Assembly (NCBI GenBank): GCA_015056105.1
Contig: SVGX01000002.1
Coordinates: 7,417-71,416, forward strand
Source of the DNA: Clostridiales bacterium
GTDB lineage: Bacteria; Bacillota; Clostridia; Christensenellales; CAG-138
Direction: 5' to 3'
DNA length: 64,000 nucleotides
Every line of letters starts with the position of its first letter. Position 1 is the stretch's first letter. This document shows positions 53,002-62,898 of the stretch, piece after piece. A program made the position numbers and the translations under genes. The notes under the pieces are model-generated. The model did no database searches, was not told the origin of the DNA, and saw only the letters and a program-made list of their open reading frames with translations.

Positions 53002-53499
53002 TCAGTCTTTGAAGATCCTCTCTTTATATTTTTCCACCACCGCAAGGAGCGGCATGCCGAGGCCGTAGCAGGCGATCAGCTGGCCCGCCGCCACATAGGC
53101 GGTTGCGGCAAGAAAACCGATCTCGCCGGGCATGTAGACATATTTCATCAGCGCGCCCACAATGAGCGCATTCGCGAGGACAGGGGGCAGCGGCGCAAGC
53201 CACTTGGAAAGGCCCTGTCTGCGCACAAGATACGTCAGCAGCGCGCCAAGAAGCGTTGCAAGGCTGCCGAAGATCACATCATAAAGGGGTGCGCCGCAAA
53301 GGAAATTGGCGGCAACACAGCCAATGAAAAGACCCGGCACAGCGGTAGGGGTCAGATAGGGCAGCACCGTCAGTGCCTCGGAAACACGCACCTGTACCAG
53401 CGAAAAGCTGATGGGTGCGCAGGCCATCGTCACAACGGCATAAAGCGCCCCGATCAGGGCGCTTTGCACAAGCGTTCTTGTTTTGAAGAACCGCTTCAT
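53002..53499 (-). CDS. queT: QueT family queuosine-precursor transporter
   Basis: 165 aa, multi-TM. ...SALIGALYAVVTMACAPISF...VRVSEALTVLPYL... resembles the QueT family. No obvious SD, so probably coupled to the upstream ORF. Confidence 0.75.
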   Translation of the reverse strand: MKRFFKTRTLVQSALIGALYAVVTMACAPISFSLVQVRVSEALTVLPYLTPTAVPGLFIGCVAANFLCGAPLYDVIFGSLATLLGALLTYLVRRQGLSKWLAPLPPVLANALIVGALMKYVYMPGEIGFLAATAYVAAGQLIACYGLGMPLLAVVEKYKERIFKD

Positions 53500-53503
53500 T
53501 TTT

Positions 53504-53701
53504 TTATTTGGATTCGATATAGGCGTTCAGCTTTTCCACCAGCACATCCACATCGATACCGTGTACGGCACAAGCCTGCTCCAGATCTTCACCCTTTGCC
53601 ATCACGCAGCCAAGGCAATGCATGCCGCTTTCCATGAAAACTTCCGCAGTGCCGACATCGGTACGAAGAACCTGCTCAATGGTCATATGCTTGTTGATCA
53701 T
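53504..53701 (-). CDS. DUF1858 domain protein (hybrid-cluster-associated redox disulfide type)
   Basis: RBS GGAGGA lies 8 nt upstream. MTIEQVLRTDVGTAEVFMESGMHCLGCVMAKGEDLEQACAVHGID is the typical DUF1858 CxxC motif. Confidence 0.8.
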   Translation of the reverse strand: MINKHMTIEQVLRTDVGTAEVFMESGMHCLGCVMAKGEDLEQACAVHGIDVDVLVEKLNAYIESK

Positions 53702-53833
53702 GTGTTATTTCCTCCATCATGGTTTTTTCTTTGCTTTTCGCGCTTATTTTGCGCTGTGGGCATTGTATCACATTCTTTTTTGCCTTTCAACGGGCACTTT
53801 TTCGGAAAAATGCCCGCCGCCCGGCCGCCGTTT

Positions 53834-55300
53834 TCAGGAGATCATATGGGCATAAAGGTCTTCGTAGCGGGCAGAAGCCTCTTCCCAGGAATAGTCCGCT
53901 TCCATGCCGCGGCGCACGAGCCTTTCCCACATGGCCCTGTCGCCATGGTAGTATGCCACAGCATGCTGCACGGTATAAAGGAGCTCATGGGCATTGTAGT
54001 TAAGGAAGGCAAAGCCCACGCCCGTATCGGTATATTTGTTGTAGGGCGCCACGCTGTCTGCAAGGCCGCCGGTCTCTCTTACTACCGGCACCGCGCCGTA
54101 GCGAAGGGCAATGAGCTGGGAAAGACCGCAGGGTTCGAAGCGGGAGGGCATCAGGAAAAGATCCGCGCCCGCATAGATGCGGTGAGAAAGGGCTTCATCA
54201 TAGGCAAGGCGTACGCCTACCCTTCCGGGATAGCGCGCTGCCGCCTGTGCGAACATGTTTTCATACCGTTTATCGCCGGTGCCCAGCACCACAAGGGCCA
54301 TATCAAGGCACATCAGCTCATCAAGCACATGGGCGATCAGATCAAGGCCCTTCTGGTCGGTAAGCCTTGTCACAACGGCGGCAACGGGGGTATCCGGCGA
54401 AACGCCGAGGCCGAATTCCCTAAGGAGTGCCTGCTTGCAGACCGCTTTGCCCGCCATATCATCAACGCTGAAATTCTCCGCAAGGGCGGGATCCTTCGAA
54501 GGGTCGAAGAAGTCCGCATCGATGCCGTTCAAAAGGCCGCTGAGGGCATTTTCCCGCTCCCGGAGAACGCCGTCAAGCTGCTCGCCGTAATAGGGGGTCA
54601 AGATCTCCCTTGCATAGGTGGGGCTGACGGTGCTGACCCTGTCCGCATAGACGATGCCGCCTTTGAGGTAATTCACCGCGCCGTAAAACTCAAGACAGCG
54701 GGGATCGAAGGCGGCGCTGCCAAGGGAAAGCAGCTCATCGGTAAAGCCCCGGTCAAACACGCCCTGAAACTTCAGGTTGTGGATGGTCATCAGCGTGCGG
54801 ATACGGCTGTAGGCGGGGTCCTTCGCATACTGCAGCCGGAGAAGCGGCGCGCACATGGCGCACTGCCAATCGTTGAGATGCAGCACCTCCGGCACAAAGC
54901 CGATGCGGGGCATCATTTCAAGGATGGCTTTGGAGAAGAAGCCGAAGCGCTCCGCCTCTTCGCTGTCGAAGCTGCCGTAGATATAGTCTCTGCCGAAATA
55001 GTATTCGTTTTCAATGAAATAATAGGTAACGCCATCCCGGGTAAGGGTGCGCACCGTGCAGGGCTGACAGCGCCAGCCAAGCCGCACCGGGAACTCGCAG
55101 AGACATTCCATCCGCTCGCCCCATGCCTCCCAAACGCGCTTGTAAAGGGGCAGCACCACCCTTGCATCCGTGCCGTTTTTGCAAAGCTGCTTCGGAAGCG
55201 CACCCGCCACATCCGCAAGACCGCCGGTCTTGATAAAGGGCAGGCATTCGGAGGCGGCAAACAGCACGCGCATGCGGGGCATGTCTTGTTTTTTCGTCAT
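53834..55300 (-). CDS. glgA: glycogen synthase
   Basis: RVLFAASECLPFIKTGGLADVAGALP N-terminal motif and GT5-like body. Last gene of the glg operon. Confidence 0.93.
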   Translation of the reverse strand: MTKKQDMPRMRVLFAASECLPFIKTGGLADVAGALPKQLCKNGTDARVVLPLYKRVWEAWGERMECLCEFPVRLGWRCQPCTVRTLTRDGVTYYFIENEYYFGRDYIYGSFDSEEAERFGFFSKAILEMMPRIGFVPEVLHLNDWQCAMCAPLLRLQYAKDPAYSRIRTLMTIHNLKFQGVFDRGFTDELLSLGSAAFDPRCLEFYGAVNYLKGGIVYADRVSTVSPTYAREILTPYYGEQLDGVLRERENALSGLLNGIDADFFDPSKDPALAENFSVDDMAGKAVCKQALLREFGLGVSPDTPVAAVVTRLTDQKGLDLIAHVLDELMCLDMALVVLGTGDKRYENMFAQAAARYPGRVGVRLAYDEALSHRIYAGADLFLMPSRFEPCGLSQLIALRYGAVPVVRETGGLADSVAPYNKYTDTGVGFAFLNYNAHELLYTVQHAVAYYHGDRAMWERLVRRGMEADYSWEEASARYEDLYAHMIS

Positions 55301-55361
55301 AGGTTTCCTTTCTTTTTGCGGCGGGCGAAAAACGCCCGCCGCTTCTCTGTCTTCTTCTCGG

Positions 55362-56486
55362 TCAGATCACGCTGCCCTTGCGGATGATGATGGGGAAGCT
55401 TTCGTAGCCCGCAAGGCGGCGGTCCTTCTTCACAAGCACGCCCTTGTCGAGGGCCACATAGGAAAGTTCCGCGCCGTTCTGCACTTCCGCAGCCTGCATG
55501 AGGATGCAGTTTTTGACCACCGCGCCGGGGGCAACATGCACACCGCGGAACAGGATGCTGTTTTCAACGGTGCCTTCCACAACGCAGCCATCCGCCACAA
55601 GGCTGTTTTTCACCGATGCTTCCACGCCGTAGCGGGCGGGCGCTTCATCCTTGACCTTGGTATAGATGGGGTGATCCCGGTTGAACAGATCTTCCCTTAC
55701 GGGGCGCTCCAGCACCGCCATGTTGTGGCGGAAAAATTCGCCCAGGGAATCGAGTCTTGCCACATATCCGCCGTAGCGCCAGCCGTAGATTTTGAGTTCG
55801 TTCACCTTTTTGAGGAGGATATCCCTTGTGAAGTCGAGAAGATCGTGGGCTGCCGCTTCTTCGATCAGGTACTCGAGCAGCGTTTTTTCCATAATGAACA
55901 CATCGCAGCTGCGGCAGCGGCTTTCCGTGCGGTAGGGATTGTATTCCATATCGAGCACGCGGCCGTTCTGCTGCATGGTCAGGCGAAGGTCATCGTACTG
56001 CTCTTCCGTGTTGAGGCTGTTTTCCTCGTTGTACATCACGGTGATATCCGCACCGGTCCTGATATGCTGCTGCAGCATCTCATCAAAGGTGGTATTGAAG
56101 ATGGTGTGGCTGCCGGTGAGGATCACGTAGCGCTGCGCGCTGCGGCGGATATAGCCGAGCACGGAACGAAGGGCATCCACCGTGCCGCGGTAAAGGCCGG
56201 TATTATCCCTTGTCACAAAGGGCGGCAGGATAAAAAGACCGTCGCGCTTGCGGTGAAGATCCCATTCCTTGCCGGACTCCAGGTGATCCATCAGAGAATG
56301 GTAGTTTTTCTGGGTGATGATGCCCACATTGGTGATGCCCGTGTTCACAAGGTTCGAAAGAATGAAGTCCACGCAGCGGTAGCGGCCCGCAAAGGGCACC
56401 GCCGCCACGGAGCGGGAATAGGTCAGCTCTCTGAGCTGTACATTGGAACTGCCGGTATAAATAAGGCCGAATGCTTTGTCTGCCAT
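55362..56486 (-). CDS. glgD: glucose-1-phosphate adenylyltransferase, GlgD subunit
   Basis: It resembles GlgC but lacks the GGxGxRL box (FGLIYTGSSNVQLRELT...). Positioned after glgC, as in Firmicutes. Confidence 0.88.
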   Translation of the reverse strand: MADKAFGLIYTGSSNVQLRELTYSRSVAAVPFAGRYRCVDFILSNLVNTGITNVGIITQKNYHSLMDHLESGKEWDLHRKRDGLFILPPFVTRDNTGLYRGTVDALRSVLGYIRRSAQRYVILTGSHTIFNTTFDEMLQQHIRTGADITVMYNEENSLNTEEQYDDLRLTMQQNGRVLDMEYNPYRTESRCRSCDVFIMEKTLLEYLIEEAAAHDLLDFTRDILLKKVNELKIYGWRYGGYVARLDSLGEFFRHNMAVLERPVREDLFNRDHPIYTKVKDEAPARYGVEASVKNSLVADGCVVEGTVENSILFRGVHVAPGAVVKNCILMQAAEVQNGAELSYVALDKGVLVKKDRRLAGYESFPIIIRKGSVI

Positions 56487-56489
56487 GGT

Positions 56490-57716
56490 TTAGCCCTCCT
56501 TGATGCCGAAAGTGTCTGCGTTGACGATCATACCGGCGGGCACCCTTGCGCCCGGGCGGATGGAGGTATTGCTTGCAACAAGGGTGATATCGCCGGTGAG
56601 GGCGGTATCATAGCTTTCCCCCGCTTCCGGCGCCGCGCCGAGCACAGCCCCATCGCCCACGGCGGCGTTTTCACCCACGATGGCCTTTGTGACCACCGCC
56701 TTCGCGCCGATGCGCGCGCCGGGCAGCACCACGGAATCCTTTACCACCGCGCCCTCGCCGATGGTTACGCCGGAAAAGAGCACGCTGTGGGAAACGCTGC
56801 CATCCACATAGCAGCCCTCGGTGATGATGGAGCGGCAGACGCTGCTCTCCTTGCCGAGATAGTGGGCAGGCAGGATCGCGCTGCGGCTGTAAATGCGCCA
56901 ATCCTTATCGTTGAGGTCAAGCTCCGGCTTTTCCTCGATGAGGTCCATGTTGGCCTCCCACAGGCTCTGCACGGTACCCACATCCTTCCAGTAACCCTTG
57001 AAGCGGTAGGCAAACATGCGCTTGCCGCCATGAAGCATCTTCGGGATGATGTTTTTGCCGAAATCATGGGCGGAGGCAGTATCCTTATCATCCTCCGCAA
57101 GGTAAGCGCGCAGCACGGGCCAGTTGAAGATGTAAATGCCCATGGAAGCGTTGTTGCTCTTGGGGTTCTTGGGCTTCTCTTCAAATTCCACAATGCGGCT
57201 TTCCGCATCCGTGTTCATGATGCCGAAGCGGTGCGCTTCTTCCATGGGCACTTCGAGCACGGCGATGGTGGCATCCGCGCCCTTTTCCACATGGTGTTTG
57301 AGCATATCGGCGTAATCCATCTTGTAGATGTGGTCGCCGGAAAGGATCAGCACATATTCCGGGGAATACTGGTCGATAAAGGCCATATTCTGACAGATGG
57401 CGTTGGCGGTACCGGAATACCATTGGCCGCTTGAGCCGGAAACATAAGGCGGAAGCACATAGACGCCGCCCGAATTGCGGTCAAGATCCCAGGCGCTGCC
57501 GTTGCCAAGGTAGCTGTTGAGCTCAAGGGGTTCATACTGGGTGAGGACACCCACGGTGTCAATGCCGGAATTGACACAATTGGAAAGCGGAAAATCGATG
57601 ATGCGGTATTTTCCGCCGAAGGGGACTGCCGGTTTTGCGGTGCGGTTGGTGAGCACGCCGAGGCGCGTGCCCTGGCCGCCCGCCAGCAGCATTGCGACCA
57701 TGCGTTTTTTGATCAT
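56490..57716 (-). CDS. glgC: glucose-1-phosphate adenylyltransferase
   Basis: [44 protein letters not shown]. Confidence 0.95.
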   Translation of the reverse strand: MIKKRMVAMLLAGGQGTRLGVLTNRTAKPAVPFGGKYRIIDFPLSNCVNSGIDTVGVLTQYEPLELNSYLGNGSAWDLDRNSGGVYVLPPYVSGSSGQWYSGTANAICQNMAFIDQYSPEYVLILSGDHIYKMDYADMLKHHVEKGADATIAVLEVPMEEAHRFGIMNTDAESRIVEFEEKPKNPKSNNASMGIYIFNWPVLRAYLAEDDKDTASAHDFGKNIIPKMLHGGKRMFAYRFKGYWKDVGTVQSLWEANMDLIEEKPELDLNDKDWRIYSRSAILPAHYLGKESSVCRSIITEGCYVDGSVSHSVLFSGVTIGEGAVVKDSVVLPGARIGAKAVVTKAIVGENAAVGDGAVLGAAPEAGESYDTALTGDITLVASNTSIRPGARVPAGMIVNADTFGIKEG

Positions 57717-57752
57717 GCGCGTTCCTCCTGAAAGTGATGTTGTGGGGTCCTG

Positions 57753-59603
57753 TTATCTTTTTTTGCCGGTGTATTCCACCCGGTAAAATACAGCTTCATA
57801 GCCGGAAAGGGGAATGGGAGCGTAAAAGCTTCCATCCGCCGCCTGTTCCGTCATCAAGGTGGCGGGCGCATCCGTCAGCCTGGAGGAAAGCAGCCTTGTA
57901 AGCTTCGCCTCTCCGGAAAGCGGGATGCCGTAGGGGGAGCGGGGAACGGGGGTAAAGTTGAACAGGCAGAGGATCTCGCCATCCTCCCCGAAGCGGCTGA
58001 AGGCGATGACACTTTCGGCGGCGTTATCCACAACGCGCCAATGGAAGCCCTCCCAGCCGTCATCACGGGAATAGAGGGCAGGGGTGGAGCGATAAAGGCG
58101 GTTGAGGGATTTGACGAATTCCCTTAGCGCCGCATGCTGGGGGTAATCGAGCAGGTGCCAATCAAGAGAGCGGCGGAAATCCCACTCCGCAAACTGGCCG
58201 AACTCGCCGCCCATGAAAAGGAGCTTTTTGCCGGGGTGGGCGTACTGGTACATATAGAGCATGCGAAGCTGCAGGAACATTTCATCATAGCTGCCGGGGA
58301 AGCGGCCGATGAGGGAATTCTTGAGGTGTACCACCTCATCATGGGAGAAAGGCAGCACATAATGCTCCGTGAAAGCATAGCACATGGAGAAGGTGAGCTT
58401 GTCGTGATGGTAGCGGCGGTAAATGCTGTCCAGCTTGCAGTAGGAAAGGGTATCGTTCATCCAGCCCATGTTCCATTTCAGGTCAAAACCGAGCCCGCCA
58501 TCCTTTGCGGGAGCGGTCACGCGGGGGAAGGCGGTGCTTTCCTCCGCAATGAGCAGCGCGCCCGGGCACTCCCGGTGCACGGTCTCCGAAAGCTCGCAGA
58601 AAAAGCTGATGGCGTCAAGGTTTTCCCTGCCGCCCTGCTCGTTGGGCAGATAGTTGCCGCCCCGACCGTAGTCAAGGTAGAGCATACTTGTCACCGCATC
58701 CACCCGAAGGGCATCGATATGGTATTCCTTCAGAAGGAACACAGCGTTGGAAATAAGGAAGCCCCTTACCTCGCTGCGGGCAAAGTTGAACACCATGGTG
58801 CCCCACTCCGGCTGCTCGCCCCGGCGGGAGTCGGGATGTTCAAACAGGGCAGTTCCGTCAAAACGGCGAAGGCCGTGGGCATCCCGGGTAAAATGGGCGG
58901 GCACCCAATCAAGGATCACACCGATCCCCGCCCTGTGGCAGGCATCCACAAGGGCTTTGAACTGTTCCGGCGTGCCATAGCGGGAAGTAATGGCATAATA
59001 GCCCGTGACCTGATAGCCCCAGCTGTCATCAAGGGGATATTCCGACAGGGGCATCAGTTCGATATGGGTATAACCCATATCCACCACATAGTTCACAAGT
59101 TCATAGGCAAGGGCTTCGTAATCAAGCCCCTTGCGCCAGGAGCCGAGGTGTACCTCATAGATGTTCATGGGGGCCGTGTGGGCATTCGCCTTTTTGCGCG
59201 CCTCCATATGGGCCGCATCTTTCCAAATATAACCTTCACTGTCCCAGACAACGGAGGCGGTATCGGGCCTGTGCTGCGCGAAAAATGCAAAAGGGTCCGC
59301 CTTGTAGAGCATCTGCCCGGTAGCGGTCTGGATGGCGAATTTGTAGGTGTCGCCCTTGTGTACATTGCCGACGCAGCAGCTCCACACGCCGGTCTCACCA
59401 AAACGCTGCATGGGCGCAGCGGAAGCATCATAGCCGTTGAAGCTGCCCACCACGCTCACAGCGCGGGCACCCGGCGCCCAAACGGCAAAACGGTATGTAT
59501 CCTTTTCTTCTTCGACACGGTGGCAGCCAAGTTCCCTGTAGGCATAGACGTTTTTGCCCTGATTGAACAGGTAAACCGCTGTTTCGTCCAGGTGTTTCCG
59601 CAT
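57753..59603 (-). CDS. glgB: 1,4-alpha-glucan branching enzyme
   Basis: Start at MRKHLDETAVYLF (ATG 59603, RBS GAGGAG upstream). GH13 motifs GVILDWVPAHF, DALRVDAV and LIAEEST. Confidence 0.93.
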   Translation of the reverse strand: MRKHLDETAVYLFNQGKNVYAYRELGCHRVEEEKDTYRFAVWAPGARAVSVVGSFNGYDASAAPMQRFGETGVWSCCVGNVHKGDTYKFAIQTATGQMLYKADPFAFFAQHRPDTASVVWDSEGYIWKDAAHMEARKKANAHTAPMNIYEVHLGSWRKGLDYEALAYELVNYVVDMGYTHIELMPLSEYPLDDSWGYQVTGYYAITSRYGTPEQFKALVDACHRAGIGVILDWVPAHFTRDAHGLRRFDGTALFEHPDSRRGEQPEWGTMVFNFARSEVRGFLISNAVFLLKEYHIDALRVDAVTSMLYLDYGRGGNYLPNEQGGRENLDAISFFCELSETVHRECPGALLIAEESTAFPRVTAPAKDGGLGFDLKWNMGWMNDTLSYCKLDSIYRRYHHDKLTFSMCYAFTEHYVLPFSHDEVVHLKNSLIGRFPGSYDEMFLQLRMLYMYQYAHPGKKLLFMGGEFGQFAEWDFRRSLDWHLLDYPQHAALREFVKSLNRLYRSTPALYSRDDGWEGFHWRVVDNAAESVIAFSRFGEDGEILCLFNFTPVPRSPYGIPLSGEAKLTRLLSSRLTDAPATLMTEQAADGSFYAPIPLSGYEAVFYRVEYTGKKR

Positions 59604-59843
59604 CGTCGTTCTCCTCTTATCCGTAATTTCAACAGGGGATATCCCCGCCGGCATATTATTCTTATCTATCATATTATTGTATACCATATCCGCGCCAAAA
59701 GGTAGGCACATTCTTCCGCAAGCAATGAAAAAATGATACAATATTTGCCCGAAAACCGCATTTCCCATAACATATGCTTACCGCAAAGCCGCATCCGCCC
59801 CTTTTCTTTCCCGGCGCAAGGGGGTAAAATAAAACCACAAAGC

Positions 59844-59866
59844 AAAAAAGCGCTCCCCGGGAGCGC
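59844..59866 (-). terminator. minus-strand intrinsic terminator lying in the trmO 5' leader
   Basis: Minus strand: GCGCTCC-CGG-GGAGCGC, the reverse complement of plus-strand 59850-59866, followed by TTTTTT (reverse complement of A6 at 59844-59849). Confidence 0.65.
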
Positions 59867-59878
59867 GGAAGGACAGCC

Positions 59879-60595
59879 ATGCGCGATACGATTGCATTGA
59901 AGGTCATCGCCCGCATCAAAAGCGATTTTACCACAAAGTTCGGCATTCCCCGGCAAAGCGGCCTTGTACCGGAGCAGGAATCCATGATCGTCTTTGAACG
60001 CGAATACCGGGACCGCAACGCCCTGAGGGGGCTCGAGGGATATTCCCACATCTGGCTCATCTGGGGCTTTTCCATGGTGGAAAAGGAAGGCTGGTCGCCC
60101 ATGGTGAAGCCGCCGCGCCTTGGGGGCAACAAGCGCATGGGCGTGTTTGCCACCCGCTCCCCCTTCCGCCCGAACCCCATCGGGCTTTCCTCGGTAAAGC
60201 TGCTTCGGACGGAAACAAGGCCGAACCTTGGCACGGTGCTCATCGTTTCGGGCGCGGACCTGATGGACGGCACCCCCATCTACGATATCAAACCTTATCT
60301 GACCTTTACCGATTCCCACCCGGAGGCGGAGGATGGCTTTGCCGGGGAAAAATACGCCTATTCCCTTGAAGTGGAATTCCCGGAGGAATGGCTTTCCATG
60401 ATCCCGGAAGAAAAGCGGGAAGCGCTCAAAGCATCCCTTGCACAGGATCCCCGCCCCGCATACCGGGATGATCCCGAAGAGCGCTACGGCTTCGAGTTCG
60501 CGGGCTTTGATGTGCGTTTCCGCGTAAAGGAAGGCGTGCTGACGGTGTGCGAGGCGGTACCCCTTACCGGTTCAGAAACCACACGGCAAAATTGA
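59879..60595 (+). CDS. trmO: tRNA (N6-threonylcarbamoyladenosine(37)-N6)-methyltransferase TrmO (TsaA/YaeB family)
   Basis: FGIPRQSGLV, GYSHIWLIWGF, RSPFRPNPIGLS and DLMDGTPIYDIKPY are TsaA-family motifs. Confidence 0.88.
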   Translation: MRDTIALKVIARIKSDFTTKFGIPRQSGLVPEQESMIVFEREYRDRNALRGLEGYSHIWLIWGFSMVEKEGWSPMVKPPRLGGNKRMGVFATRSPFRPNPIGLSSVKLLRTETRPNLGTVLIVSGADLMDGTPIYDIKPYLTFTDSHPEAEDGFAGEKYAYSLEVEFPEEWLSMIPEEKREALKASLAQDPRPAYRDDPEERYGFEFAGFDVRFRVKEGVLTVCEAVPLTGSETTRQN

Positions 60596-61046
60596 GGATG
60601 CCCGCAAAGGCCGTCCACAGCGCATAAGGGATCTGCAGCCGGGCAGCGGTCTTTGATACCTTCATAAAAGAAAGGATCATGCTGACCACAAGGAACAAAA
60701 GCAAAAGCAGCCACAGGAAGGAAAAAAGAAACGCCCGCAGCAAGAAAAAGAGCAGCGGCCAGAAGAAATTGACAAGAAGCTGCAGCCCATAGGGCACAAG
60801 CGCAGCCATACGCTTCGCATGGGGCGCATCCGCGGCACAAACAAGATAGCTGCTGACGCCCATCAAAAGATACAGCGCGCCCCAGACAAAGGGAAAGAGC
60901 TTCCCCGGCGGCGCAAAGGAAGGCTTTGCGATGGTCTCATACACGCCCATGCTATTTTTTGTGATGAGCGCCGCAAGGCCGCCCACCGCAAGGGGAACGG
61001 CGAGGGCGATCAGAAAATGTTTCAGCTTTTTTCCGTCATGTTTCAT
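60564..61046 (-). CDS. tspO: TspO/MBR family tryptophan-rich sensory protein
   Basis: 160 aa with 5 TM. KPSFAPPGKLFPFVWGALYLLMGVS is typical. The 3' end overlaps the trmO 3' end by 32 nt (convergent). Confidence 0.85.
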   Translation of the reverse strand: MKHDGKKLKHFLIALAVPLAVGGLAALITKNSMGVYETIAKPSFAPPGKLFPFVWGALYLLMGVSSYLVCAADAPHAKRMAALVPYGLQLLVNFFWPLLFFLLRAFLFSFLWLLLLLFLVVSMILSFMKVSKTAARLQIPYALWTAFAGILNFAVWFLNR

Positions 61047-61111
61047 AGAAAAGGGCCTTTCCGTTTTTTCTTATTCTATGCCCCCTTGTCCGCTTCCATG
61101 CGCGCAGCCGC

Positions 61112-61140
61112 TTGCTATTCGCCGGCCCCGGTGCTATAAT
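61112..61140 (+). promoter_or_regulatory. sigma-70 promoter for ppa
   Basis: TTGCTA (61112-61117), 17-nt spacer ending in TGC (extended -10 TG), TATAAT (61135-61140). Confidence 0.7.
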
Positions 61141-61205
61141 ACATGTGAAACATCTATCAATAATAACTCCATAAAAAATCAATAAAAAGGAGCGTCATCT
61201 GGTGT

Positions 61206-61736
61206 ATGAACATTTGGCACGATATTTCTCCCAAGCGCATCAAGCCGGAAGATTTCCTTGCCGTCATTGAGATCAGCAAGGGCAGCAAGACCAAATATGA
61301 GCTTGATAAGGAAACCGGCGTGCTCCGCCTTGACCGGGTGCTTTATACCTCCACCCACTACCCTGCCAACTACGGCTTCATTCCCCGTACCTACGCGGCG
61401 GATAAGGACCCGCTCGATGTGCTGGTGCTTTGCTCAGAGCCTATCCAGCCCATGACGCTCATCCAGTGCTATCCCATCGGCATGATCAGCATGATGGACA
61501 ACGGCTTTGCGGATGATAAGATCATCGCCATCCCTTATGAAGACCCCACCTACAACAGCTATCAGGATATTTCCGAGATCCCGCGCCATGTGTTCAACGA
61601 AATGTCCCATTTCTTCCAGGTGTATAAGTCCCTTGAGCGCAAGCAGACCGCCACCGATGAGATCCAGGACCGTGCCGCCGCCGTCCGCGTCATCAGGGAA
61701 TCCATCGATACCTATATCGAGCTGTTCTGCAGGTAA
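61206..61736 (+). CDS. ppa: inorganic pyrophosphatase (family I)
   Basis: VIEISKGSKTKYELDKETG, YPANYGFIPRT and DPLDVLVL motifs. Confidence 0.93.
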   Translation: MNIWHDISPKRIKPEDFLAVIEISKGSKTKYELDKETGVLRLDRVLYTSTHYPANYGFIPRTYAADKDPLDVLVLCSEPIQPMTLIQCYPIGMISMMDNGFADDKIIAIPYEDPTYNSYQDISEIPRHVFNEMSHFFQVYKSLERKQTATDEIQDRAAAVRVIRESIDTYIELFCR

Positions 61737-61747
61737 AACAGGAAATG

Positions 61748-61786
61748 CAGGGGCCCCCGAAATAATTCGGAGGCCCTGTTTTTTTG
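61748..61786 (+). terminator. intrinsic terminator after ppa
   Basis: CAGGGGCCCCCGAA (61748-61761) pairs with TTCGGAGGCCCTG (61766-61778), then T7. Confidence 0.8.
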
Positions 61787-61934
61787 CATAAAACCAGTGA
61801 AAACAAAGAAAAACGAGCTGTTGGAGCTCGTTTTTTCTCTCAGACGGAAACCCCAGCAACACGAGGACTGCGTTACTTGGATTTCAACATCATCTTATCC
61901 CAGTTTATCCTGCTTGTCAACAGATTATGCAAAA

Positions 61935-62715
61935 CTAATCATCTCTGTTACAGTCTTCCCCATCGGAAGGGCTCATTTTAAAACAATGATCTGGCATCAG
62001 ATATATGCCATTGTATGTTTTTCCTTTCCACGATATCGTTTTGGCACGATCCAGGATCACGGAATACAGGCTGAAAAGCCATTCCTCATATTCGGAAGCC
62101 GGCTGCCTGTTTTGCAGCCCCAGCTGGTGATAACACCGGATCAACCCGGCGCAGATATCCGCAAGTTCGATTGTTGTGGTAACGCTGGAACTTACAAAAA
62201 ACGGCGACACCAACACTTTTTTGATAGCCTGTCCTTCCTGTGAGCGAAACAGAAAGTTGTTAAACCCCGTTGCATACAGCTTATCCCTGCCATCATCTGT
62301 TTCATCAAAAACAAAGATTGCATTCTTTGCGCCGCAAGCATAGCAATACATATCAACTCGCCGTATCAATTTGTGATGCTGCACCGGCAGCTGCCCCTCG
62401 GGTATATAGGGCAGATACTCCGGCCGATTCATCACGACGGCAGAAACAGAACAATCATATGTCTTCAAAAACGAAATGATGATATTTGCATATTCCTGAT
62501 TGATGGTTCTTTTCTTTTAGATCGTTTTTGTATTGAACAGATTGGTGGATTTGATCTCGGTTTGCTTGTGATAAAGCCGGTCTTTTAATTTATTTATACA
62601 TCGCATGTGTGATGTTGCGCACCTGAGATTCATCGATACAAACCGCAGCCAAAACAGAAACTGTGTTTGTATCGGAAGGAATAGGGTATCCGCTTTCATC
62701 AACGTAAACTAACAT
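61935..62715 (-). pseudogene. DUF3800 family gene disrupted by a frameshift and an in-frame TAA
   Basis: Minus-strand reading. [17 protein letters not shown]...ITHAMYK then stop (62590-62592). A frame change gives INKLKDRLYHKQTEIKSTNLFNTKTI then TAA (62517-62519). The same frame continues KKRTINQEYANIIISFLKTYDCSVSAVVM... to 61935. YVDESG is the DUF3800 N-terminal signature. Confidence 0.75.
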
Positions 62716-62898
62716 ATACCCTACCGATCCTGTCATGATTCTGCATTCAGTATAGCATCTGCATTCTTCCGCTTCAATGGTCATCTTCTCTCTCACACCT
62801 GTTTTCTCAACAGCCCCGCTTGCCTTTTCCGCCCGGTTGTGATATCGTTTCAGTATATGTCGGCAGAGCCGGCACAAGACAGAAAAGGGGACTTTTTT

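Noticed and set aside
53702-53833. preQ1 riboswitch upstream of the DUF1858-queT pair
   Set aside because: queT genes often follow preQ1-I riboswitches, and the leader has a small hairpin (GCGC-AAAATAA-GCGC) plus an A-rich tail. However, the loop lacks the conserved C-containing pattern and the P1/P2 arrangement I remember for preQ1-I. An RF00522 scan would settle it.
62716-62898. Tyr T-box upstream of tyrS
   Set aside because: Only about 180 nt are available. No GGGTGGTACCGCG-like core and no terminator/antiterminator pair are visible.
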